From: Octopus sinensis
Taxonomy: Eukaryota
NCBI RefSeq assembly: GCF_006345805.1
Contig: NC_043000.1
Location: 67,518,001 to 67,582,000, forward strand
Reading direction: 5' to 3'
DNA length: 64,000 bases
This document shows positions 27,618 to 41,242 of this stretch, piece after piece; position 1 is the stretch's first letter, and each line of letters starts with the position of its first letter. A model generated the notes under the pieces. It ran no database searches. It was not told the origin of the DNA and saw nothing but the letters and a program-made list of their open reading frames with translations. The position numbers and the translations under genes were made by a program.

Positions 27618-27640
<23 letters not shown>
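25865..27640. repeat. Near-identical tandem duplication, period 892 bp
   Basis: ORFs 25983-26372 and 26875-27264 are identical, as are 26248-26454 and 27140-27346; visible differences are confined to the TA tracts. Confidence 0.95.
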
Positions 27641-27659
<19 letters not shown>

Positions 27660-27665
27660 TGTATG

Positions 27666-27710
<45 letters not shown>

Positions 27711-27754
27711 ATGTGTATATATGTATATATATATATGTATATAAAAGGAGTATT

Positions 27755-28670
27755 GTGTTTGCCGACCGGTTTTGCTTTCGCTAATCATGGCATTGAAGTT
27801 ATCATAATTTCGTATTTTCTGAAGAAGATTTTAGTCCAAGTTGTGAAATGAATCACCAGGTAGAAAAATATTAGGGGAGTTAATCGGTGAACGTTATTAT
27901 TCGGGACAGGAGAGGCAATTGCTTGTTTTGGGGGAGGGGATGAATAACTGTCCAAAAATTCAAAAGCAAGCTAAAGTAGTGAAATGAAATATTTACTGTG
28001 ATGGGTATGTGAACGTGAATTGTGTACTGAGACCAAAATTGGTTATGCGTTCATATTGAAGAGTGTTCTGTATTTTTCGATGAATGAATTTTCTTTATTT
28101 AAACTTTCTTGTACAAAAATTCTTCATGGTGCTGGTAGATGGAGAAAACTGTGATGTCTGGTTGAACATCTCTGTATGTGTCCTGCAAAGGAATCTGTAT
28201 GTACTGTGGGAAATGGATATGTTCCTTATGTAGTATGGTTCTCCTTCTAAGTGCCCTACTTGTCTGTACTATATAGTTATGTCTACAACCTGAACAAGTT
28301 ATAAGTGAAGTTGGTTTTAATTGTGAACATGTCTCCTTGTTTGAATAGGAATTCTGAGCCTTCCAACAGGTTGGAGCATGTTCAACAGTTTGGGCGTCCA
28401 CATTTTTTAACCATTAGTTTCGTGGCTGCTTTGTAAAGCTTTGCATTTGTCAGAAGTCTTTTCAGCGATTTGGGTTGCTTTTTGCATTTAAAAAATTTGT
28501 TTATTTTCGGATCCCTAGTGAGCATAGGTAGATATTGTATAATAGTAATGTATACCTCACTGTTTCTAGGGCTGTGAGTTGATATGTACATTAATTTGAG
28601 AAGTGGTGTGGTGTTACATTTTGTTTCTCTTGGTGATTTAATGTATAATTTCTTCGCACGTTTAATTCCA
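27755..28670 (-). mobile_element. Penelope-like element 3' part (Cys linker, GIY-YIG endonuclease, tail), frameshifted
   Basis: KKCGRPNC..C linker, then ITCSGCRHNYIVQTS.ALRRRTILHKEHI. Confidence 0.85.
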
Positions 28671-28817
28671 TCGACTATAAGTGCGGTGCTTCGGAGAATC
28701 TCGTAGCGTACACTTGAGTGAAATTCCTCTCCTCTCTATTATATATGCAAGCATACGAACGTAGTAGATAACAGCTAGCCTTCGGCCGCATTTTAAACCC
28801 TGTTGTGTCCACTACTC

Positions 28818-28960
28818 TGATTGGTTGGTATTGGCGCAATTTGTCTCTTGCTCTAACGTGCGCCAATATGCAACCCAACCAATCGCAGCCTTCAAATAAG
28901 GTCACGTGTGACAACCTGTTTTCTACCCAACTTTGAGCATACAACTCCTTATAAAAACTC
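28818..28960 (+). promoter_or_regulatory. Pol II promoter-like cluster between divergent Penelope copies
   Basis: Inverted repeat carrying ATTGG/CCAAT boxes (28818-28885), CACGTG at 28903 and TATAAAA at 28950. Confidence 0.3.
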
Positions 28961-29547
28961 CAGCTTCTCATCGTCTTGAGGTCTTTGGTTTCAGACGTTT
29001 TGAGGTCTAGCCACTGACCACACAAGACACAGTCAGTTACAGCGACAACACAACCAGCGAGAACTCCTGTACCAAATGACCCAGGCAGCAGCATCACAAC
29101 CACAATTTCACGTACGACATATACTTCAACCGGTTCTGCATCATCACCGCAACCTCTTGATACAGTATTTCAACTATCGTTTACAATTGACTACAAACTG
29201 GTATTCTCATTCTTGCGTCTATGATCATTCTTCTAACTTCTCATTATAGACTCTTTCAATGTTTTCTTCATTACTATTCTTATCTGTACTTAACGCACAG
29301 GCATACATCCATGCCTATACACACATATACACTTTGTTCTCATGGCGGCCTGTCTATTATTCTGTATACATTACGCACACAGAGTCCCACATGTGAACAT
29401 ATCAATAAATCTTCTCTTAAACATTCTACCCGGTTGTGACTCTCTTTTCCCTCTGGCACATATATGCATTATTCCTTTTATATTTATTGTATCGACCGTG
29501 TGATGCACTAAGGAGCCATTATCGTGACCTCGCTTCGCACGGTCGTT

Positions 29548-30080
29548 ACAATGTAATTTATGTCATAACTTGTTCAGGTTGTGGACATATTTATATAGGT
29601 CAGACAAGTAATGGCACTTAGACAGAGAACCACACTACATAAGGAACAAATCTATTTCCCACAGTACATACAGATTCCTTTGCGGTAACACATAGAGAGA
29701 TGTGCATATAATATCCAACCAAACTTCACAGTTTTCCCCATCTACCAGTGCCATGAAAAATGTTCTGAACAAGAAAGTTTAAATAAAGAAAATACATTCA
29801 TCGAAAAATACAGAACACGCCTCAATATGAACGCATAACCAATTTTGGCCTCAGTATATATTTTAATTCATCACTGTAAATATTTCATTTCACTACTTTA
29901 GCTTTTGAGTGTTTGGATATTTATTCATCCCCTCCTCCAAAAAATGGCACTTACCTTTCTTGTCCCAATTAATAACGTTCACCAATTACCTCCTCAGAGA
30001 TTTTTTCTACCTGGTGATTCATTTCATTCACAAACTCCCATACACAAAGTGGATTTAAATCTTCTCAAGAAAATACTTGA
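29548..30080 (+). mobile_element. Penelope-like GIY-YIG endonuclease fragment plus tail, inverted relative to 27755-28670
   Basis: NVIYVITCSGCGHIYIGQTSMALRQRTTLHKEQI..ESLNKENTFIEKYRTRLN; the DNA is a diverged reverse complement of ~27810-28300. Confidence 0.9.
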
Positions 30081-30229
30081 CACTGGCAGACCTGGGTTTC
30101 TGAATGTCATCCGTCCTCAGAGTGAGACAACCGCTAGCTAGTGATACATACATACATACATACACACACACACACGCGCGCACACAACACACATATGTAT
30201 GTATGTATGTATGTATGTATATACATATA

Positions 30230-30281
<52 letters not shown>

Positions 30282-30310
30282 ATGCGAATATACTTATATG
30301 TATTACGTGT

Positions 30311-30352
<42 letters not shown>

Positions 30353-30764
30353 ATCAACGTGCTTTTAGTGTAATAATCAGGAATAATTCAGCTGGTGTGT
30401 AGTGGGTAGATTTTGTAATTAACGTACGTGGAAATTTATGTAAACGGTCTGAGCAGAAGCAAACCTGCTTCTGACTTATCAAATGTTCATGAGCATCATG
30501 TATGTTTGAATAGGAATCCTTTGGTTATTGAACACGTACATTCTCTCGAAGGGTTATCCCCCCAGCGTTATTTCACAGCAACATTTTAATTATTCTGTTC
30601 TAAAGAATTCTAAAGAATTCTAAAGAATTCTGATAATGATCGTGCATTATGAGCCAAATTGACACTGCGAGGTAATTTATTTTTCCATGTTGACTGTTAT
30701 ATAAAGTTTGACTGACTCTGTTAGTATCGTTTATCTTTTAATTCTTATTTCTTTTTGTTATTCA

Positions 30765-31095
30765 GCTACGGTCATAATGGGGCACAGCTTACACTCACAC
30801 ACACACAAACATACACACACAAACATACACACACTACACATAAACACATATGTTTCTCTCTAGCAAATCCATTCACAAGGCTTTGGTCGGTCCTAGGTTA
30901 AAGTAGGAGACACTTGCCCAAGGTGCCACGCAATGGGACTGAACCCAGAATCGTGTAGTAGGGAAGTAAACTTCTTACTATACAGTCACGGAGTTCCACT
31001 CACTTTCCATCAAGAAATTCCCTCTCACGACACTACAGTGGGTCTGAACTCGGTACCATGTGGTTGAGAAGCAAAGTTCCTACTACACAATAATG
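30765..31095 (-). mobile_element. CORE-type SINE family A fragments
   Basis: GACACTTGCCCAAGGTGCCACGCAATGGGACTGAACCC matches the 58140-58552 copy. Confidence 0.75.
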
Positions 31096-31444
31096 TCTGC
31101 GCTTATGTGGACATTTTGATCCATCAGTTGTTTGTTCCATGTATTCTCTCGAGGGGATATAAATAATCTCAAATTTATTTTAGACCAAAGCTAGAAATAA
31201 TTTCTTGTATATTATTATTTCATTTGCTATATTATGAGTTGTTTAACCATTGATCAGTCTTCATGTAACCACCGAACTGCTTTCTACATTGATTAAAATA
31301 TTCCATGGAGAGATTTTTAAAAATAATTTGTTTATGTGAGTCTATGTGTGCTTGCTAAATGTGTATTGACCGAAGATTCAGTATTTCACTTGTATTGAGT
31401 TTATGGACTTTGAAAAGATGAAAATGTGAGTGTGTTAGTGTGTG

Positions 31445-31491
<47 letters not shown>

Positions 31492-31781
31492 TAACTACGT
31501 GAGCATCTGTCTGGATTCTGCAAAGAATGTAATCATAGCATTTCAAGGTTTGACACCAGCTCTGTAGTCCTAAATTCAAACCTATATATTAATACAATAA
31601 CATGTTTCTAGCTACCAATATTTTGTCATGCTACTAGAGGAAGAGACTCTGACAGAGTAGAGGGAAAACTGTCGGTAGTTATGTAAAAGGTGGTGGTGAA
31701 GGCGCTGGTGTTGATAATAATAAATTTAGAAGGACAGAGAGGACTGTTATATAAAGTTTGACTGACTCAGAGAGGCAAAGG

Positions 31782-31828
<47 letters not shown>

Positions 31829-31930
31829 GAGCGCGAAAGTGATACGGAAATGGAGAGGGAAAGAAGCAGATGAAACATAGCAAAGTTTGCAGCGTCACTC
31901 TGTTCTTAGTCACCTTACACCCTCAGCAGT

Positions 31931-32250
31931 GAAGGCGCGTGGCTTAGTGGTTAGGATTTTCGGCTCGCAATCGTAAGGTCGTGAGTTCAATTCCTGGTGA
32001 CATGTTGTGTCCTTGAGCAAGACGCTTTATTTCACGTTGCTCCAGTCCACTCAGCTGGCAAAAATTAGTAGTACCTGTATTTCAAAGGGCCAGCTTTGTC
32101 ACTCTCTGTGTCGCGATGAATATCCTTGAGAACTACGTTAAGAGTACACGTGTCCGTGGAGTGCTCAGTCACATGCACGTTAATTTCACAAGCAGCATGT
32201 TCCATTGATCGGATTAACTGGAACCCACATCGTCGTAACTGATGGAGAGT
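31931..32250 (+). mobile_element. CORE-type tRNA-derived SINE family B, full length
   Basis: A-box TGGCTTAGTGG, B-box GAGTTCAATTCC and core TGTGTCCTTGAGCAAGACGCTTTA; colinear with 58815-59133. Confidence 0.9.
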
Positions 32251-33049
32251 GCCATATCCTCATCCTGTTATTCTCTCACTCTCTCAGTTTGTACGTTTAA
32301 AAAAATTGAAGTGTATCTTCAGTTAGTTTGACGTATTGGCTTGCTGCGTGAATACTAAGATCTTTTGTATCTATGCATACATGTATATATTTACGAAATT
32401 CATTACATGTGTGTCAGTATACATACATACATACATACATACATGTGTGTGCGTGTGGATAGGTGTGTACGTATATGTGTGTATGTGTGTAATCCGAAGA
32501 AATTCTTGAGAGTTTGATTCAATAACCACAATAATAAATTCTAAGAGTGGAAAAGTCTAACATTCCAGACAGAGATCTTTCGACGAGGTGGGCAATTAAT
32601 GCTGTGATAAACTATATATATATATGATACTGGTTGCCATCTGGTTGATGGCTTTGTCTTGTATCAGTTTGAATACTTATCTCTAAGTTCTTTAATTTTG
32701 TCACTCTATCCACTCTAGCCCCATCTGCACACGCTTTTTCTCACTTCTCTCAATCATATTTCTATTTTCCTTGAAACTGTATTTTATGCATAGCTAAATG
32801 TTATACCTTTTTCTTATCACCTATCACATTAACATTCTCCCTCCCTAACTTATACCATTTTCCGCCTCTTGTCAGCTTCGCACATCAACCACTTTTCTCT
32901 TGACTTTACATCGTCTCACCTGACACACTTCATCCTGCATAGCCCATTCATAGCGCCACCCTCCTCTTCTTCATCCTGTTCCTGCCTTTTCACCACTTCA
33001 CTTCTTTTTTTACTCTTCCGGCCATTACTTGGTACTCCATAAATGAAAT

Positions 33050-33420
33050 ATCAGACTTTTCTCAGGAGAACGTTGTATCTTAAAGAATATGTTGTATATT
33101 GTATAAATGGGTAGTGAGAGCTGAAGTCGATGGCAATTGTATGTAGGTAGTGTGTAGCGGTCTGAATCTGTGTGGTGATTTGGACAAGGAAAACATATAG
33201 GTTAGTGATGTGAAAGAAGAGTCTTTCTAAAATGTTGGAAAGTGTGCATAAGGAGGTGATGGGTTTGTGTGACGCTACTTCGCTTGAGCTGTTAATGGGC
33301 TGTAAATTTGAGAGAATTCTTACCAGTTTCCTGGTTCTGGCAATTTGACAGAATTGTTAGAAGCAACTCTAGATGTTAGTGATTGCAGTGATTCTTTCAC
33401 ACCATAAGTATTTTGATCGT
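33050..33420 (-). mobile_element. LINE RT fragment
   Basis: KPITSLCTLSNILERL matches the RPISLL..LSKILERL motif. Confidence 0.55.
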
Positions 33421-34484
33421 ATTTTGTAATTTTGTCAAGCTTTGCGGCTTCCTTTTTTTTCTTTTCTTTTTATTTTCTGAAATTTCCCCCAACGCTTTAC
33501 AGGTGTTTCATGAACGGAAATGTTCGAAATCATTATTTTTGATTTGATATTTCTGTCTATTTATGAGTTCGTTCTCGGTGATTTACAAGGAACATCTGAT
33601 AAGGGTATTACCTTGACGTTGGTTATGTTATCTTCTTTGATGTTATTATTCTGGCGTGGAGGGTGGTGCGGTTGTTGTTGTTGATTCTGCTATTTATTTT
33701 ATATAGTGTTTTTTTTTTATATTTCTTGTTTAGTGGTTTGTGTCATTTACAAATATTTGCCAGTTTTCTGCTTTTCTTCAATTTATTTTCTTTGTTATTT
33801 CCCCGATTTAGTTAGTTAATGAATAGTCTGTGGTGTTAAGTTTCGGTTTTGCTATATATACTTTGTTTGAGGTTGTTTCTAGTTGTTTTTTAGCAGGTTT
33901 GTTATTTCTGATGCATTTATATGCTAACCTGTTAAATGTGTTTAGAGGATGAGTCTACAATGATTTTTTTAAGCATGTATTGCACTCTCTATACTGGTGA
34001 ATATAATATTGTTAAAGTCAGCGAACGTTGACACTCTTTCTTAGTGGAAATGGTTCCACTGAGCAATTCTGAAGTTTGTGAACTATGTTCACGTCATTTA
34101 TTGATGTGTGAGGTGGAGGTTAAAGGATAGTTAGGGATTTCTTTGCAATGTGGTTTCAATAGAGTGTGAAAATCTGAGTAAAGGCTGAAGTTAAAGTAAA
34201 CATGCAAGAGAAAAGTAGAAAACAGAATAGTGTGGTGTGTGGAGCGGGAAGGAATGTCTAGAAAAGAGCTATGTTTGAGATGGTGGAGAATGTGAATAAG
34301 TAGGTGAGTTATTTAGGACATGAAAGGAGTCTGGTCTGGCACCATTGTGCTATTTCGTGTGTAATTTGTATTGTTTGTATCAGGTTACTTTGTGTGAGCT
34401 GACGATTTCCCCAATTATGGTATTTATTACAGTGTTTTAATTGTAGCTGGATTTGCGTAACATGGCGGGGAACGATTACTCTTT

Positions 34485-34830
34485 TAGTTGTTTCAGTCAT
34501 TTGACTATGGCCATGCTGGATCACCGCCTTTAGTCGAGCAAATCGGCCCGAGGACTAATTCTTTGTAAGCCTAGTACTTATTCTATCGGTCTCTTTTGCC
34601 GAACCGCTAAGTTACGGGGACGTAAACACAAGCGATGTTGGTGGAACAAACACAGACACACAAACACACACATACATATATATATACATATATACGACGG
34701 GCTTCTTTCAGTTTCCGTCGACCAAATCCACTCACTTTGGTCGACTCGAGGTTATAGTAAAAGACACTTGTCCAAGGTGCCACGCAGTGGGACTGAACCC
34801 GGAAGCTACTTACCATACATCCACTCCTAC
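34485..34830 (-). mobile_element. CORE-type SINE family A
   Basis: Colinear with 58140-58552, including the internal microsatellite and 3' tail. Confidence 0.9.
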
Positions 34831-35443
34831 GCCTAGATTGCATATATGTATTTTAATATATATATATATACACACACACACATCTGTGTTTGTGTGCGAG
34901 TGTGTGTGTGTTTATATTAATGTAATTCATATAACTAGTTTTCATTTACAACACCTACAATTGGAAGCATTTGTAACATGTTGCCTTACACTGTTAGTTT
35001 TTTAGTCACTTTTTTGTGCGTCTCTGCACTAGATTCATAGCTATTAACTTACTACTTCACTACAACCACCTAGCAATTGTTACAAAGCAACAAAAGCTAA
35101 TTACTACAAGCCAGCCACCTGAGCATAACCTCGGTATGGCATCTGCTAGATACATTTCTAAATCTTTCCAGTCTCCTGAGAATCAAAATACTTCTATTGC
35201 TCCATTTTTTGTGTAAACAATATGAAGTTACTATTTCTTCCACAATCTTTTTATACATAATACGAAACTTGCGCCAGAGTTTGTCTCCTGAGGTCATATT
35301 TGAACGAAATTATGTATTTGAGGAATTCTATGCTAGATTGCAAATATACAAAATATTGTGGGTGGTGATAAATATTTTTAGTTCTTTAAATTATATTTTT
35401 ACACTATTTGAGTTGCATTGTAGTATTTATAATTTCATGTGTT

Positions 35444-35524
35444 ATGTTTATAAGATTTGCTTTTGCGCGTACGTACTTGATTTTTTTATGCATTCTTTGC
35501 GAAGCTGAAGAGTTCCAGAAGGAG
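35444..35524 (+). CDS. Candidate signal-peptide exon
   Basis: MFIRFAFARTYLIFLCILCEA-EEFQKE then |gtaata. It ends in phase 0, so it cannot join the phase-1 lectin exon directly. Confidence 0.25.
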
Positions 35525-35859
35525 GTAATAACAGCACTTTCAGTTTTAATGAGTATTTCGCTATTATTGTTACAGTTAGTAAAATATAGAGCATTCATGT
35601 TAATTTTTACTATACGGTGTTATTTGCAAGTGTTATTTTGGAAAAAAAAACTATTTCAGAAAGAACAAGGTTTTCTCCTGAGTCGTCGTTTTTAGCTTTC
35701 GCCCACGTGTAGTGGTGAACCGCAGGATATTTTTTTTTATTTATCTATTTATGTATATATTTTCATACTGTTACTGTACATGAAATTCTTTCCATCTCGT
35801 GTCCTGAGAAAATCCAAACAAAACATTAGCAGAAAATACCATCAAACATTACATTCATT

Positions 35860-36050
35860 ATATTCGGTTTTCATTGTGCCTTGTGACATTTCAGGTGACA
35901 GCAAAATCATTCCACCTTATAACACTGAAAGCGTCCTTGATAGCTTGTTCCATTGTTAACCCTCTGCTTTTAAGATCTTCTGTTATTGTTCCCCGCCACT
36001 TTTCCTCTGCCAATTCGCCCCTACCTGGTAACACATAATAGACTGCCATC
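35860..36050 (-). mobile_element. RTE-type LINE C-terminal fragment
   Basis: KWRGTITEDLKSRGLTMEQA, followed by a W and RH, resembles the RTE ORF end. Confidence 0.55.
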
Positions 36051-36439
36051 AGTTCCAGTGCCAAAAATGTCTATGGTGTATTAATTATTGACACGGCAAT
36101 ATTAAATAAATAAAACGAGCAGGAAGAGTAGAAGAGCTAAAGAATGACGTTAACCAAGCTACTGAATTAGATATATTTATGGCAGTTAAGGAATGGGTCT
36201 GTCATGCCATTTGTAAGTGGTACAAGGAAAATGATACACAACTGCATATAGACATACGTACATTCCAGAAAATATCATTTCTGATCTATAAATATTGTTA
36301 AGGCACATAAACCATTTTTGACATTGAACAGTTTTAACATTGAACAGTTTTAATCTTGAACAGTTTCATCCATGTTTTCCAACATCTACCTAATTTGTTT
36401 CCTTAATTAAGGAAAACCCTTAATGTATTTCTCAATCTA

Positions 36440-36662
36440 TAAATTTTTATCTTTCTGATGCAGGCACAAGGTCTGAAATTTTGGGGAAGGGAGACATTCG
36501 ATTTCATCGACCCCAGGGTTCAACTGGTACTTTATTTTATCGACCCCATAAAGATGAAAGGCAAAGCCTACTTCGGTGTAATTTAAGCACAAAACGTATA
36601 GAACCAAAAGAAATACCGCTATGTATTGTATTGCTAACAATTCTATCGGCTCGCTGCCTTTC
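36440..36662 (-). mobile_element. SINE family C, diverged
   Basis: Reverse-complement match to the 13836 copy. Confidence 0.8.
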
Positions 36663-39600
36663 ACTCTATGAACATTTAAGAAAATATTGATGAAATATTT
36701 TTCCTACATGTTATTTTAATAAAATCTAATAATAAATGTTTATATTTCTTCAAAAGTACATATAACTTTAAAATCAGTATCTTTATATCATTCTTTTTTC
36801 CATATATATTAACCAAAACTTTTGCTAAAAATTTCGTTCGGGTAAACTTTCAGCAAACTTTGAGTTCATTTTCTAAGATTTGTCTGTTTCAAAACTCAAT
36901 ATGTTCAGTTAGTTTTGTTTTTGTGACTATATATGTAGAGATTTAAAATACCGGTAAATATCTTACATTGCACAGAACGTTATCACCATCCCGTTAACAT
37001 CACCACCATTTTCTTTTTGTTAATCATGTCCACAAACACAATTTTTCTGTAAATATTTAATATTTATATACCGTTCAACATCTGCGTCCTCGTTGCATTT
37101 AAATTCAATTTCAGCGTTTTTACTGTATCGCCATGTCTTAAATTGTTTTTTAAAACACAAAAATAACCATTTATCTATTGCATCTGCTAAATTTTGGTGA
37201 CTGCCATAACTTATTGGCATTTGGATTATTATAAAAAATATTGTTTCTACGTAGAATGTTTTACACTTTACATAGAATATTTAGGACAGATCACTTTAGC
37301 GGGAACCATCCCGCATCGTACACTCATCCAATTTTACCGTCTGACCACTGCGTATAGTGATGAATTTGACGCATGCACGCACGCACACATACACACATAC
37401 ATAGTTGTGTGTGTGTATGTGTGTATGTAAATGCCTGTATATATTTTATAGTACTTACATACAACTAGAATCATCGAGGGAACCTTTACGTAGTCGTTGA
37501 AACTAATAGATATAGCAGAAAACAAGTCTCTTTCAAAAATTATCTAGATGACACTGAAAAGACGAGATGGGTATGAATCAAAGTTGATTGGTACTAAATA
37601 ACAACAGCAACAACCTGCTAAATCAGCGCTAACATGCTCCATCGAATTTTAATTATGTCGTGAGAAAGAAACAGTAAATTATTGCTTAAATTTGATCAAG
37701 GTCAAATCGACAATTCAAAAACTTCAGTTAATTAAAATTAGAATTACACACGTGGTGGGGATGGGCAGAATCTTCACCACACAGATTAATATTAATCTAA
37801 TCTGATCTTCGGTACACATGGAGACAATTCCAGACATGTTTTAGCAAAGTATGAGCTTTTTGCGTTCTTGCTATTATTGTATATGCATTGAGTGATTTAC
37901 TTACATCAAGACATGATATAAGGAAGTCACTGTATGCATCTACAATAATGCACACGAGTTGGCATGTCGACATAAAATGACTAAGGAAATTATCCGGGAA
38001 CACATCTGCATCGAACACAAATAGACTTGTCAATATTAACATATTCAATAAACGGCTAGCACCCAATCCCGAACATTCATAGTCATCACTATCTGCTTCG
38101 TATTACTACTATATAAATACATACAGGTTTTATTGATGTTGATTTATATTTTTGGTATAATTTCTCCAATGTAATTCAGCAACTAGACTAATGTTATAAT
38201 TCTGAATTCAATTCATTTTGCAGGAAAAATTGTTCGTGAGATAGATTATTTATATTAGATTAGAGATTTGAAACTTCGAACGATCCAAGTTTCACTGCAG
38301 TGCTATGCCACACTCTGCAAATAGACACAATGAAGTTGAAATATAACTGTGATTGTTATCGTTTTGTCCCAGGTTATCCTGGATCAGGACACTTACTCGC
38401 TCCGCTCGGCCACCCCAGCCAGATGCACTATCACTGATATATCAGCTACGACCATCTGAATTTAATTTTCTTACATAGTCTATTTAGGACTTCATTGTTC
38501 AATATAGCCGTTTTGTTAAAACATCAGAGATGATTCGAAGGATATTTAGTTGTTTGTTGTAGCAGGTCGAGAGACTACATAGTGGCTCCTGTTTTTCTCG
38601 CAATAGGTGTATTAGCATTGATTGGTTTTTGTTTGGTTTTTTTTTTCGCATGTAGATTATGAACTCAAATTGCCCCGAGTACTTGAAGTATGCAATAGAA
38701 AGCTATACCAGACCATTGTTCTCAGAAGCATTATGGATCGACAAAAGTCAGCGTCGTCTCAATGTCAACTGCCAAGTTAGATTAAATTTAAATAAATGAA
38801 TAGCAACTGAATAATCTTTAGTAATTTCCGAAAGATCGTACACATCTCATAATGCTACTTTGCTGATACAGTTACTTCAGAATAATTCGTTTCACAGGGA
38901 TTTAATTTCCGTATTCTTTTCATATTTGTAAATAAACTCGGTTATATTCTGTAATATTATTTAAGATATATATGTTGCTCTTCATATCTAAATACCTCAT
39001 ATTAAAGATGTCTTTGGAAGTGCCGGTGATTTGGGTCTGATATCTTAATATTATATATGAGTGAATGTAAAATGTATTTAGAGTTGATAAAAGAAGTGCA
39101 TTAATTGTAATTATTGTATTGAACATTTCATAACAGAATACTCAGACACAATTCAGTTTTAAAATATTTAACTTTCACACAATGCATTAAGGTTTTAACA
39201 AAGCAAATTTCTATGTTACTCTCCACATTTTAATAAAATTTTCACCAATTCTCAAATGCTGGAAACTTTTTGTGAAGAGAAGTCTAAAGCTACATTTTTA
39301 AAAATTATAATTCGAAAATAAACGAAGCAGTTTTCATTTTAAAATTACATTACAAAACTTATGAATTTAAAGTAACAGAGGTTTTGTTTTTAGTTAAGAT
39401 TTAAATACTTTTACCAGAAAGAAACATTTTACTTCGTTTAATATTTCTTTTAATCGGAGTGAGCTGTAAATTATTATCGATAACAGTTATATATTTTCAC
39501 AAAGTGAATATAATACAATGTCTAATCCATGACATTCTTAATATTCTCAAGAACAGGAACCGCTTCACTTTGGCGTGATTTTCCATCAAGAATGTTTCAA

Positions 39601-39867
39601 AGTAAACATTCAACCTGCTAAAAACCGCTTACAATTATCTTTCAACAAATTCATAATATTTTTAAATTCGTGGATTATATATTCGAATGATAACTTAATA
39701 TAACCTGTCCAACGACAGAGTGGCTACAGTTACATACGTCGATAAAGAGATTCTTCTGTCGTCAGCTCAATCAGAAAGCAAATAAGACAAATATTAAAGT
39801 ATTTCATGAAATTTAAACGGTGATGAATTGCAAGGTTCTTAATCCATATAAATTCATTTCATTTTAG

Positions 39868-40128
39868 GAAACCTATGCGTAAGCAACATCTGCAGTACTG
39901 GTACCTTCGGCCTGTCATGTTCGGAGAAATCAAGTATACGTGTGACCGAGGTACGACTCGAGCCTACGTCTACGTCAATAGAAATAGTCCGAGGAAATCT
40001 TCAGACCCTGTGCAATGGTCGAAAGTACTGTGCAGCCGATGGCTTGCGTACGTTGATTCCACATTGTCAACTAGTATTAACAGGTGGAATAATACCCGTT
40101 GTAGCAGTTTACTACTCGTGTCAAACAG
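39868..40128 (+). CDS. Internal coding exon (261 nt, phase 1-1) encoding a divergent SUEL/Gal_Lectin-like domain
   Basis: ttcattttag acceptor, CAG|gtgagt donor and raised GC. Translation NLCVSNICSTGTFGLSCSEKSSIRVTEVRLEPTSTSIEIVRGNLQTLCNGRKYCAADGLRTLIPHCQLVLTGGIIPVVAVYYSCQT shows the SUEL pattern C..L.C...I.V / C.GR..C / C..V.Y.C. Confidence 0.8.
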
Positions 40129-41192
40129 GTGAGTTATAGTTTTATTTCTTCTTTTTATTGAATAAGTCAGAGACACGTTTACGTTCAACGTAGATCTAAA
40201 CTAAAACAACAGAACAATAAAATAAATATGATAAAGTAATTTAGCTATTTGTTAAATTCTAATGTAGATCAGGTTCGTTTTTTCTATTTCCATTTGAATT
40301 GAAAATATTTCGATCAAAAATAGAGAAAAAACAAATATAAAAAGCATTTAGAATCATCGCCGTAAAATGTAATATTCTGGCAAGTGTAGTCATGTACTAT
40401 TTCTTTCCTTTCTTTTATTTTATATTTCTTTGTTTTTCTTATGACTTGGAGGAAGAACAACACATAAAAGGAAACTATTCTCAGACTGGAAACCTAACTT
40501 ATATGCATGCAAAAGAGTGGACTTCAGTAAGGCACACAATCACTTCCTTTATAATATTAATTCTCTTTGAACAAAACACTATGAAAGTTATAATTCGTCT
40601 TACCACATCAAAAATATGGTGCTTTTGTACTTCATAGAATATGAATTAGTAATAATTGGTGAGTGAGAGCCTTAGCTAAGAAAAAAGCCTTCATCCTACT
40701 GAAACTAGAATGTGATTTCTGACTCCAGTCGAGCCATTATCCTTACGTCCTTAACAATGTCGAGAACTGTATGAAGATCATACGATACTTTTTCTAAATG
40801 AAAATAATTCGTTCATAAGAAAAATAATCTTGGGAACAAAATGTTTTTATGCATTGTAGAACCTGCAAAACCTCAACAATTCCAAACTACAGGCAGTATT
40901 CTTGTCTCTTGGCAAAATAACTCCTTGTAGCTTCACCGTCTAGTTTGCTGGCAACTTCTCACTTCATACACATATAAAATCTCCTTAATATCTCGTTTTA
41001 CGTACATTGTTTCCTATCCCATGATCTGATTACAGTCATTAATCTTGATGGTTGTCTTGGTACTCCAGCACTTGAAAGCATATATTAAATTTCTTTTTAC
41101 ACATATAAATCTATTCTACACGCACTCAAACAAATTGACATGTGTGTGTGTGTGTGGTGTGTGTGTGTGTGTGTATGTGTGTGTATGTGTGT

Positions 41193-41242
<50 letters not shown>

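Noticed and set aside
27758-27862. Possible hammerhead in the Penelope tail (CTGGTGA...AAAACCGGTC, minus strand)
   Set aside because: Both core boxes are mutated and stem I does not pair.
35895-36027. Phase 0-to-1 exon that would bridge the signal exon to the lectin exon
   Set aside because: Better explained as the antisense of an RTE LINE C-terminus; the splice sites are weak.
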